The translations under genes were made by a program, and so were the position numbers. Positions 9,246-17,338 of a stretch of 64,000 nt of DNA are shown piece by piece. The stretch is from an uncultured Bacilli bacterium (GTDB taxonomy: Bacteria > Bacillota_I > Bacilli_A > RF39 > UBA660), in the NCBI GenBank assembly GCA_934167485.1, contig CAKPKL010000007.1, positions 12,186 through 76,185 on the forward strand. Reading direction: 5' to 3'. Below the pieces are notes generated by a model, which searched no databases, was not told the origin of the DNA, and was given only the letters and a program-made list of their open reading frames with translations. Each line of letters starts with the position of its first letter. Position 1 is the first letter of the stretch.

Positions 9246-9286
9246 AATACTAAAATACTGGCCTACAAAAGTAGACCAGTATTTTT

Positions 9287-10897
9287 TTATATTTCAATTT
9301 CATAATCATCATTATTTTTATCAATAATATTATCAATAATTTTATTTTGTGGTTCTTCATCTAAACTATCAATTATATTAACAATATTATTTAATTTACT
9401 TTTAAACATATGAACATAAGTGTTTAGAGTTTCATCAATTTTAGTATGACCTAAAAATTTAGCAACAATTTTTATATCAGCATCCGTGCTAATTAATAAA
9501 CTAGCACAGGAATGTCTAAAATCATGCAATCTAATTTGTTTAACTCCTGCTAATTTACAATTGTTATTTTTTCTTCTTCTAATAGCATCATCACCTAAAG
9601 GAAGTTCATTGCCAAAAACAAACCAATCTTCTCTAAAATTAGTATATTGCATAACACTTTCTTTAAGTGCTTTTAAGTCATCTGTAAACTTTTTTGATAA
9701 TGGTAAAGTTTTATTACTTTTTAAAGTTTTAGGACTAGATATGATATATTTTTTGCCATTAACATTATCTGATAGTCCTTTTCTAATTGTTAAAGTATTA
9801 TTATTAAAATCTATATCATTCCAATCTAATGCTCTAATTTCACCTTTACGAAGTCTCTTTGTGTAAGAAATAATATCAATAACGTCATTATCTTTATATC
9901 CAAACAAACCTTTCTTAATATCTAAAAGAGAACTTTTTAGTGGTTTATTTGCTTTTTCTATGGCTTCTTTTGATTGTTTTAATGAATTAGATATATTTTC
10001 ACATTCTTTAGTTAATTCTTCTAATTCGGCCTTTTTTTCGTTAATATCGTACTCTAATTTTGATTGATGAGTTTTAGATGAACCAATATTACCACGATCT
10101 AAATTAAAATCTTTATTAGTTATAAATTTATTGAATTCATCTTGCATTATAGCATAAGAATTTTTTCCACCTCTGTCTTTCCAAAATTGGTCATTGTTAA
10201 GAAAATTACCTTGAACTTTTTCATAAATAATTTTTCCTTTATCATCTCTTAAAAGTTTTGGTACTAGAGTTGTTTTATTATCTTTTGTTTTAATTTCTTC
10301 TTTAATTAAATTACCAAAGTTATCTTTAACAAAGCATTTTCTTTTTACCTCATTAACAACAGGTATAAAATATGCCTGTAAATGTGGTGTATCTTCATCA
10401 TAATGAACTTGAGCTAAAACAATATTTTCTTCACCAACATATTGTTTTAAAAATTCCATACAACAATCAAAAAATTTAGTTATAGAGTGAGGAATATCTT
10501 CTTTAGATTTTATATAAGGTACTTTTACTATTTGTCCTTTTTTATCTCCAGTTTTATAAGTTCTACCACTATCAATAAATTTCATACCTAGTGATTCAAA
10601 AAATTCAGGACCACTTGTAAAAGTAATACCATTTAGCATATTTGTATTAGGTTTATTTAAATATTCAATATTTCTATCTTTTAACTTTTTCTTAACTTCT
10701 TGATATAGATTTCTTTCAGTAATAGATACATACTCAACATTATAAATTCTTCTTTCGTAATCATAATTTCCAGTTCCTTTTCGAGAACTCATTTCAACAC
10801 CTATATTATATAAATCATTTTGTTTATATTTGGTTTCTACTCGTAAGACTTGCTTACCATCATACAATATTTTATCTCCTTCTTTAGTAGAGGTCAT
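9287..10897 (-). CDS. Chimeric protein: MobV/Pre-type relaxase N-terminal region fused to a tyrosine-recombinase catalytic domain
   Basis: The N-terminal ~330 aa carry VHYDEDTPHLQ (the HxDExxPHxH-like relaxase motif) and a coiled coil. The C-terminal ~200 aa align with the integrase at 16319-17335, running from RLRKGEIRALDW through HDFRHSCAS and GHTKIDETLNTYVH. The R, HxxR, H and Y catalytic residues are present. The core-binding and arm-binding domains are absent. Confidence 0.7.
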   Translation of the reverse strand: MTSTKEGDKILYDGKQVLRVETKYKQNDLYNIGVEMSSRKGTGNYDYERRIYNVEYVSITERNLYQEVKKKLKDRNIEYLNKPNTNMLNGITFTSGPEFFESLGMKFIDSGRTYKTGDKKGQIVKVPYIKSKEDIPHSITKFFDCCMEFLKQYVGEENIVLAQVHYDEDTPHLQAYFIPVVNEVKRKCFVKDNFGNLIKEEIKTKDNKTTLVPKLLRDDKGKIIYEKVQGNFLNNDQFWKDRGGKNSYAIMQDEFNKFITNKDFNLDRGNIGSSKTHQSKLEYDINEKKAELEELTKECENISNSLKQSKEAIEKANKPLKSSLLDIKKGLFGYKDNDVIDIISYTKRLRKGEIRALDWNDIDFNNNTLTIRKGLSDNVNGKKYIISSPKTLKSNKTLPLSKKFTDDLKALKESVMQYTNFREDWFVFGNELPLGDDAIRRRKNNNCKLAGVKQIRLHDFRHSCASLLISTDADIKIVAKFLGHTKIDETLNTYVHMFKSKLNNIVNIIDSLDEEPQNKIIDNIIDKNNDDYEIEI

Positions 10898-10965
10898 TTA
10901 TGACCTATCTCACTAGGGCATAACCCAATCGTGAGTTCAGGGACACGTCCCTAAAAACCCTGAAT
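10891..10965 (-). promoter_or_regulatory. Candidate oriT / mob operator: a GC-rich cluster of inverted repeats immediately upstream of the relaxase start
   Basis: AGGTCAT-tt-ATGACCT spans the start codon. CTCAC..GTGAG and AGGGAC-ac-GTCCCT (10939-10952) follow, with an alternative partner CCCTGAA at 10958-10964. MobV oriTs normally lie upstream of mob and contain overlapping inverted repeats. Confidence 0.45.
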
Positions 10966-11110
10966 ATTTTTTGTAAGCAAAAAATATATAATATAAATAT
11001 TAATCATCAATTATAGGTTCTTCATATCTAGCATTGTATATTCTTTTACCAGATTTCCTATTATAATCGAGATATAAACCTTCTTTTGCTAAAGCAGGTA
11101 TATTCTTTTT

Positions 11111-11947
11111 TTATATTTTTCCAAATATAGTAGGCTGAATTAAAATACCTAATTGACTTGTAATTTCTGATGCAGAAAAAGAAAACTCTTTTTTCTTAAT
11201 AGCATAATTTAAAAGTATTTTTAATTCATTACTTAATTCTTCAGTTTCATCTTCAATTTTTTCAAAGATTAAATTATCATTTATTTCTAAAACAAACTCA
11301 TCACTTTTATAATCTCTACTTTGATAGTTAAAATATATTTTATTTTTTAAATGATTATCTTGTTTTAGAGTTATAACTCCATCAACAGCACCATCAATAG
11401 CAGTACTACCTAAAGTAGTATTAGTTTTATTTAAATGATGAAGTAATAATATAGTAATGCCATATTTAGAACATAATTCTCTATATTTAGGCAATACTAC
11501 TTGTGCCATATCTTGATAATTATATAAATCAAACTTATCATTTATATAAACTCCATTAAACATATCAATTATTACAAACTTACCTTTATTTACACTTACA
11601 AATTCACTAATCTTTTTTTCTAAATAATCTAAGTTTAATTTAGGTTTATTTACTTCTTGTTCTATTAAATAGAAATTGTCATTAAACTGTAAACTCATCT
11701 TATTTATTCGATCAGCTATTTGCGAAGAATCCATTTCTGTGCTAATATATAAGACAGGAGATGGATTTACTTTAAGTCCTAAAAATATTGTTCCTGTTGC
11801 AATAGCATGAGCAAGTTGTAACGAAAATAAAGATTTGCCCACTTTAGGTCTAGCAACTAAACAATATAATCCATTAGATTTCATAAGGTTCTCAACTATG
11901 AAATCTTTTTTTGTGCTATTATTTAATATTTCATTAATTGTTTTCAA
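11111..11947 (-). CDS. P-loop RecA/DnaB-like ATPase (AAA_25/RepA-like replication protein) ending at an in-frame TAA, with the frame continuing for 36 more codons
   Basis: Walker A ARPKVGKS, a Walker B-like VIIDMF, and LLLHHLNK. After the TAA at 11111-11113 the same frame reads KKNIPALAKEGLYLDYNRKSGKRIYNARYEEPIIDD*, down to base 11000. Confidence 0.65.
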   Translation of the reverse strand: MKTINEILNNSTKKDFIVENLMKSNGLYCLVARPKVGKSLFSLQLAHAIATGTIFLGLKVNPSPVLYISTEMDSSQIADRINKMSLQFNDNFYLIEQEVNKPKLNLDYLEKKISEFVSVNKGKFVIIDMFNGVYINDKFDLYNYQDMAQVVLPKYRELCSKYGITILLLHHLNKTNTTLGSTAIDGAVDGVITLKQDNHLKNKIYFNYQSRDYKSDEFVLEINDNLIFEKIEDETEELSNELKILLNYAIKKKEFSFSASEITSQLGILIQPTIFGKI

Positions 11948-11959
11948 ATGTTCTCCTTT

Positions 11960-12199
11960 CTAATTAATTCCTTCTTTTGACATTTTTTGAAGATAATTAA
12001 TATTAATTTTTAAATAATTCACAACTTCATTCATTGGTAACAATTTACTAGGTAATTGATAACCTTTGTTTAACAAACTAATTCTTATTTCACTTTTTAA
12101 TTTAGAAGCACTATTTTTGCCTAAACCAGTAAGCTTTCTTAAATCATTTAAGTCACACCATTGTTTAGAAATCAAATCTAATGTTTCCTTTGCAGTCAT
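11960..12199 (-). CDS. Small DNA-binding protein, excisionase/regulator-like (79 aa)
   Basis: The size, the position upstream of the replication gene, and the motif DLRKLTGLGKNSASKLKSEI...GYQLP resemble the small HTH/DUF3173-like proteins of Firmicute integrative elements. This rests on my recollection only. Confidence 0.4.
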   Translation of the reverse strand: MTAKETLDLISKQWCDLNDLRKLTGLGKNSASKLKSEIRISLLNKGYQLPSKLLPMNEVVNYLKININYLQKMSKEGIN

Positions 12200-12228
12200 T
12201 TATTCACCTCACTTTCTAGAACAAATAA

Positions 12229-12254
12229 GGTTCAAAAACCGCCATTTTTGAACC
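12229..12254. promoter_or_regulatory. Operator-like perfect inverted repeat GGTTCAAAAA-ccgcca-TTTTTGAACC in the divergent switch region
   Basis: The 10-bp arms were read directly. Further GTTCAAAA half-sites lie at 12313-12320 and 12344-12350, the latter between the -35 and the extended -10 (TGTATAAT) of the XRE gene. Confidence 0.55.
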
Positions 12255-12381
12255 TCCCTATTTTAATTATTACATATTTCGACTATATTAGTCAATATTT
12301 TTCGCACAAAAAGTTCAAAATTAAATAAATTTATTGTTTTTAAGTTCAAAAGAGTGTATAATCGAATTATGAGGTGTTTTT

Positions 12382-12909
12382 ATGGAAGATATGAATGTTG
12401 GAAAGTTAATAACAGAAGCTAGAGAGAAAAAAGGTATATCAAAAAATCAACTAGCAGAACTATGTGGTGTAAGTCATACTGAAATAGCAAGAATTGAATC
12501 AGGAGAACGTGAAGTACCAAACCCAAAAACATTAAGAAAGATAAGTAAATACATAGATGTTAATTTTAATGAGTTAATGTATGCTTCAGGATTAGGATTA
12601 CAAATTGGACCAGATAGTTTATTACTAAAAGAATTTTATTCTAGTATAAAAGGTCCTAAAGTAAAAGAAACTTTAGTGAATACATTAGGAGCATTACATA
12701 ATTGTAATAAATTTGAAGAGTTTTTAAAAAAGAAATTAGAAGATAAAAAATTATCAGAAGAAGAAAGAGAAAATATAAGACAAGCAATAGAAGATAATTT
12801 TTATCAAACTCTTACATTTTATGAAATAATAAATACGCTACATACTACTTTAAGAAATGAAAAAGTTGATAATACAGATGATGAAAGTTTATTAAAAAAT
12901 GACAAATGA
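12382..12909 (+). CDS. XRE/Cro-CI family HTH regulator with a ~100-aa C-terminal extension
   Basis: HTH segment KGISKNQLAELCGVSHTEIARIESGER. The gene is divergent from the xis-like/replication operon. It ends in a TGA stop. Confidence 0.8.
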   Translation: MEDMNVGKLITEAREKKGISKNQLAELCGVSHTEIARIESGEREVPNPKTLRKISKYIDVNFNELMYASGLGLQIGPDSLLLKEFYSSIKGPKVKETLVNTLGALHNCNKFEEFLKKKLEDKKLSEEERENIRQAIEDNFYQTLTFYEIINTLHTTLRNEKVDNTDDESLLKNDK

Positions 12910-12974
12910 CAAGTAATATTGGGGTACCCCCTATAATTGATGTCATACTGTCATAAAAAAATTGTAGGTGATTT

Positions 12975-13826
12975 ATGAATAAACAAATAATTTTAAAAAA
13001 AGATATAGAAGATACAAAAAATTTTTTTAATAATAGCATATTCTTTGATAATAAAGTTAAACAGAAAATAGAAAAAAATAGTAATTTAAAATTTGATGAT
13101 TTGATTATTTGGTGTTGCATTCAGTGTAATAAGAGACCTAAAAGTGTGAATTACATCGGAAATGAAGAATTTGTTGAGTTCTTTTTGTTTAGTATCTATA
13201 GGCATAAGGATATATTAGAAAAACTATGGATAGAAACGCAAAATATACATGATAAAAGTTTTAGATTAAGGTTAATTGATAATAAAGAACAATTTAAACA
13301 ATATCTATGGGAATTGTATCTTAAATATTATTTTATAAAAAAAGGAATGAATATTAAAAAGAGTTCAAAAAATTCTGGTCCTGATATTTATATTTCAAAT
13401 AATAACGTAAATGTATATATTGAATGTATAGTTCCTAAGCAAGGTAATAATGAATATCGAGTTCCAGAAATAGTTGAAAATGGTATTGGACAAGTACCTA
13501 TCTCAGAAATTAAACAAAGATTTATATATGCAATAAATGAAAAAATAAATAAATATAAAACATATCTTTTAGATGGAATTGTAAACGTAAATGATAAATT
13601 GTTGATAGCTTTGAATACTAGTGGGTTATCATATTATGGAAGCTTGATGGATTTCGATGAACCTTTATTACTGGAATGTTGTAAAGAGCAAAAAATATTT
13701 GAAAATAATAAATTTTTAGATGGTATTGTATATAATCACAAATCAATATTTGAATATAATGTTGATTTTGAAATTATCATTATAAAAAATGATTATTCTG
13801 TAATAAAAGATAAGATAAATATATAA
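12975..13826 (+). CDS. Hypothetical protein (283 aa) with a weak restriction-endonuclease-like motif
   Basis: The ORF follows the XRE gene. The segment WELYL...SGPDIYIS...VYIECIVPK loosely resembles an E...PD...ExK nuclease core but is not canonical. Confidence 0.6.
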   Translation: MNKQIILKKDIEDTKNFFNNSIFFDNKVKQKIEKNSNLKFDDLIIWCCIQCNKRPKSVNYIGNEEFVEFFLFSIYRHKDILEKLWIETQNIHDKSFRLRLIDNKEQFKQYLWELYLKYYFIKKGMNIKKSSKNSGPDIYISNNNVNVYIECIVPKQGNNEYRVPEIVENGIGQVPISEIKQRFIYAINEKINKYKTYLLDGIVNVNDKLLIALNTSGLSYYGSLMDFDEPLLLECCKEQKIFENNKFLDGIVYNHKSIFEYNVDFEIIIIKNDYSVIKDKINI

Positions 13827-13848
13827 TACTTTCTGGTGGTGAGATAAA

Positions 13849-15312
13849 ATGAATGATAAAACATTAATTGATTATATAAACAACGAAGTTGAAAATGAAT
13901 ATATTGATTTTAAACTTATTCAATACGATTGGTCTAAAACGGAAGAAAAGGAAGATTTTTTAATAGATATACTTAGTATGGCAAATTCTAATTATATAGG
14001 TGATAAATATATAATAACGGGAGTTAAAGTTAAACCTGATGGTGAAAGAATAATAAAAGGTATTGATCCATCTTCTGCTATTGATAGTGCTGATTATCAA
14101 CAATTAGTTACCGAAAATATTGAACCAAGTTTAAATATTGTTTTTAAAATACTTCATTATGATAACAAAGATTTTGGAATTTTTAAAATATCAGATTGTA
14201 ATGACAGGCCATATTTGTTAAAAAAGAAATATGGAAAATATGAAAATGGATATATAAAAGTTAGAAAAGGTTCTAGGAACACGAATATTTCAAGATATAT
14301 ATTAGATTCAATATATAAATCAAAAATACCAAATGAAACATCAGAATTTAAAATAAGTGGATTAATTGATGGAAACATAGATGATAATGTATTTTTGAAT
14401 ACATTTGATTTTTTTCCAAATTTTGAAAATGAAAGAGAAAAAGTATTAAATCTATTCAAAATAATAAACGATTTTAAGATTGACGATATCGAAGGAAGTA
14501 ATATGCAATTACCAAGTTCTCTAAACTTTTTAAAAGATGGACTATTTCCAGCAGAGCCTATTAAAATTGAAGAAGAAATCATTAAAAATATAAAAGAATT
14601 TGCAAATATTATAGAAGAAAAAATAAATGATGAGTTTTTTGAAATTGGGAATACAAGTAAGAAATTTAATGGTATAACTAGTGGCAATTTTGGCCCACAT
14701 ACAAACTATAAATATGTAGGAAGTACTAAATCATTACAAAAATATAATATGATAATACAATTAAATAAAGAAATTAACAGACTTATTGGTTGGGCAGATT
14801 TTTTAGTTTCTATTAAAGATATAAAATTTATACAATTAGCTATAACTGAGATTGGAAATATTGCTGATGAAGAAATACAAGTAAATCTTGAAATACCAAA
14901 TGATGCTTACATTTCTATTGAAGAATTCCCACAAGCGAGTATTGAAATAGCAGAAGAATTTGCTGAAAATTATTCTAGCAAAATGTTTATGCCATATTAT
15001 AATAATGGAATATCAGATTATAGAAAAATGCCACTATCTTCTACGCCACATATTTCAATGCCAATAACAAATCCATTTATAAGTTCTAATATTCAAATGA
15101 TTGATAACATATATGATTTTATTGATTATGATGAAACAAAAAATAAAGATAAGACAATTGTAAATTTTACTATTAAAAATATAAAGGTTGGTGAAACAAT
15201 GGCCTTTCCAGGTAATATATTTTTAAAGAAAAAAGTATCAAAAATACCTTATTCAATAGTTAGTAAAAAATCTAATAAAAAAATGAGTGGTGAAATTATT
15301 ATAAAAGAATAA
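13849..15312 (+). CDS. AlbA_2 (Schlafen-like) DNA-binding-domain protein with an uncharacterised C-terminal region (487 aa)
   Basis: The N-terminal pattern EYIDFKL...FLIDILSMANSNYIGDKYIITGVKVKPDGERIIKGI matches my recollection of the AlbA_2 domain signature. The gene starts 22 nt after the previous one. Confidence 0.55.
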   Translation: MNDKTLIDYINNEVENEYIDFKLIQYDWSKTEEKEDFLIDILSMANSNYIGDKYIITGVKVKPDGERIIKGIDPSSAIDSADYQQLVTENIEPSLNIVFKILHYDNKDFGIFKISDCNDRPYLLKKKYGKYENGYIKVRKGSRNTNISRYILDSIYKSKIPNETSEFKISGLIDGNIDDNVFLNTFDFFPNFENEREKVLNLFKIINDFKIDDIEGSNMQLPSSLNFLKDGLFPAEPIKIEEEIIKNIKEFANIIEEKINDEFFEIGNTSKKFNGITSGNFGPHTNYKYVGSTKSLQKYNMIIQLNKEINRLIGWADFLVSIKDIKFIQLAITEIGNIADEEIQVNLEIPNDAYISIEEFPQASIEIAEEFAENYSSKMFMPYYNNGISDYRKMPLSSTPHISMPITNPFISSNIQMIDNIYDFIDYDETKNKDKTIVNFTIKNIKVGETMAFPGNIFLKKKVSKIPYSIVSKKSNKKMSGEIIIKE

Positions 15313-15316
15313 ATTT

Positions 15317-15335
15317 TAGGTGGCAATTAGGTGGC
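15317..15335 (+). repeat. Arm-type direct repeat pair TAGGTGGC / TAGGTGGC (11-nt register), right end of E2
   Basis: Read directly from the sequence. Confidence 0.55.
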
Positions 15336-15450
15336 AAAATTTTAAATTTTAACAGTAAAATTCAGTTTTTATTATTTTAAAATAGTAAAAAATATAAGTA
15401 AATAAAGGAAATAATAACTTTAAAGTATAAAATAAACTAAATCTTAATTG

Positions 15451-15492
15451 CCCCCTGAAGAGAGCGATTAACTTATGTCGCTCTCATTTTTT
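15451..15492 (+). repeat. Junction repeat C: CCCCCTGAAG, hairpin GAGAGCGA..TCGCTCTC, ATTTTTT
   Basis: Aligned by eye with repeats A, B and D. Confidence 0.7.
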
Positions 15493-15542
15493 GTAGGAAA
15501 TATAAGGGTTTTATCAGTTTGATAATTCTCTAAAAATAGGAT

Positions 15543-15561
15543 TAGGTACCAATTAGGTACC
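15543..15561 (+). repeat. Arm-type direct repeat pair TAGGTACC / TAGGTACC, left end of E3
   Basis: Read directly from the sequence. Nearly identical to 3559-3577, including the trailing ATTTT. Confidence 0.6.
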
Positions 15562-15643
15562 ATTTTCATTTAAAAACATTTTTTATAATATAAATAATTA
15601 GAAAATCTGTAGTATAATGGAATAGACATATAGGAGGTTTATT

Positions 15644-16297
15644 ATGGTTTGTGATTATAAAGAAATTGTTGATGCGATAAATAAAACAAATAATTTTTCA
15701 ATAGGAGACTTTATTAATTCATTGTTATTAGTGTGTTCAATAATAACTATTATATTTTTATTAATTGATAAATATTCAAAAGGTCGTCCTTATTTACAAG
15801 TTTCTATAGAACTGATAAGATCAAGTTTAGCTTGTGTAGTTATAAGAAATGTTGGAGAGGTATCATTGTCGTTGAAAAAGATAACTTTTGATAAAGAATT
15901 TATAGAACAATTGCCAGATTATGCTCAAAAATATTTTAAAGATACTAAAATAAATAATCTATTACTTCATCCAGGATCAAAATGGGTTATGTGCTTCGGT
16001 ACATCAATAAATGATATTTTAAAAAATTATGATAAAAAAGCTGTGCTTATAAAGTATGAATATACAAAATTAAATAGAAAAAAGGTATATAGAGAGGAAT
16101 ATTTAGCAGATTTTGAACAAATATCACATTTTCTTGTTTATATCAGTGAAATAGATGAATTATCTAATGAAGTTGAAAAAAGTACAAATAAGTTATCAAA
16201 AAAACTTACAGAAATTGAAAAAGAAGTTATTAGTTTTAGAAATTTAAATGAAGATTACTTTAGAAATACAATAACACTAAAGAGCAAGAAAAAATAG
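15644..16297 (+). CDS. Hypothetical membrane-anchored protein (217 aa)
   Basis: RBS aggagg. One N-terminal TM helix (LLLVCSIITIIFLLI). The gene lies between the att junction and the integrase. Confidence 0.65.
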   Translation: MVCDYKEIVDAINKTNNFSIGDFINSLLLVCSIITIIFLLIDKYSKGRPYLQVSIELIRSSLACVVIRNVGEVSLSLKKITFDKEFIEQLPDYAQKYFKDTKINNLLLHPGSKWVMCFGTSINDILKNYDKKAVLIKYEYTKLNRKKVYREEYLADFEQISHFLVYISEIDELSNEVEKSTNKLSKKLTEIEKEVISFRNLNEDYFRNTITLKSKKK

Positions 16298-16321
16298 TTA
16301 GGAGCAAACCTAACTTTTTTA
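16296..16321. terminator. Bidirectional terminator AGTTAGG-agcaaa-CCTAACT followed by a T-run, between convergent genes
   Basis: Read directly from the sequence. Confidence 0.6.
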
Positions 16322-17335
16322 TTCTAATTTATCAATTAAATCAACAACTTCATTTAAAGCAGAGTTAAATAGATGTGTATAAGTGTTTAAAGTTTCTTCT
16401 ATTTTAGTATGACCTAAATATTTGGCCACTACAGTTATATTAGCTCCATTATTAACAAGTAGTGATGCACATGAGTGTCGGAAGTCATGGATCCTAATTT
16501 GAGGTACACCAGCTAATTTACAGTTGCGATTTTTTCTTGATGTGATAGTATTACTTGCAACAGGGAAAGCATCACCAATAACAAAGTAATCATCATTGAA
16601 TCCATACTCTTTAGATACCTCATTTTTGAGCATTTTAAGGTTGTTTAAGAGAACTTTATTAAGCGGTAGGGTTCTTATACTACTTTTAGTCTTTGGAGTG
16701 GAGAATTGGAACTCTTTAACCGAACCACCACGATCTGTAATTTGCTTTTTAACAGATAGGGTTTTATTAACAAGATCAACATTTCTCCAAGTCAATCCTC
16801 TAAGTTCACCTTTCCTTAATCCACAGTAATATAATATTTCAAACATAACTTTACTTTGCAAATTATTTTCAACAGAAATAAATTGTTTCCATTGATCATA
16901 AGTAAAATACATCATTTCTTTTGGTATATCAAAAGCACTACTAAACTTAGTCATTTTATTATAAACTTTATTAAGATTAAAATCGTACCATGTCATAGCA
17001 AAGTTTAGTCCTGATTTTAAGAATTTTAATATATCATTTTTATATCGTGTTGAGATATTAGTTTCATTCATTTGCTTTTTCCAATTATCATAGTGATTAA
17101 TATTAAAATCTTTTAGTTTAATATTTAATAAACTTTTTAAATGGATTCTTTTATTACCATAATTATATAGAGTAGTAGGCTTAACCTCAATGGTAGAAGT
17201 TCTATTTTCGATAAATATATCAATCATTTCATCCAATGTTATTTTATCCATATTCTCATGTCTATGTATTTTTAACCTAAATTCAAGCTCTGCATCTTCA
17301 GCTTCTTTTTTTGTGCAATAAAAAAGCATTAACAA
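16319..17335 (-). CDS. Tyrosine recombinase / phage-type integrase lacking most of the N-terminal arm-binding region
   Basis: Catalytic residues are present: LRKGELRGLTW (R), HDFRHSCAS (HxxR), GHTKIEETLNTYTH (H, Y). The ORF starts at ...FYCTKKEAEDAE, which normally lies ~40-50 aa into such integrases. Confidence 0.85.
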   Translation of the reverse strand: MLMLFYCTKKEAEDAELEFRLKIHRHENMDKITLDEMIDIFIENRTSTIEVKPTTLYNYGNKRIHLKSLLNIKLKDFNINHYDNWKKQMNETNISTRYKNDILKFLKSGLNFAMTWYDFNLNKVYNKMTKFSSAFDIPKEMMYFTYDQWKQFISVENNLQSKVMFEILYYCGLRKGELRGLTWRNVDLVNKTLSVKKQITDRGGSVKEFQFSTPKTKSSIRTLPLNKVLLNNLKMLKNEVSKEYGFNDDYFVIGDAFPVASNTITSRKNRNCKLAGVPQIRIHDFRHSCASLLVNNGANITVVAKYLGHTKIEETLNTYTHLFNSALNEVVDLIDKLE

Positions 17336-17338
17336 ATA

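Larger units (their letters stand above)
7421..15450. mobile_element. Integrated element E2 (IME/satellite-like), carrying cargo, a Mob-recombinase fusion, oriT-like repeats, a P-loop replication ATPase, an Xis-like gene, an XRE switch and two further cargo genes
   Basis: Bounded by junction repeats B and C. The element-specific TAGGTGGC repeats sit at 7490-7497 and 15317-15335. Confidence 0.6.
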
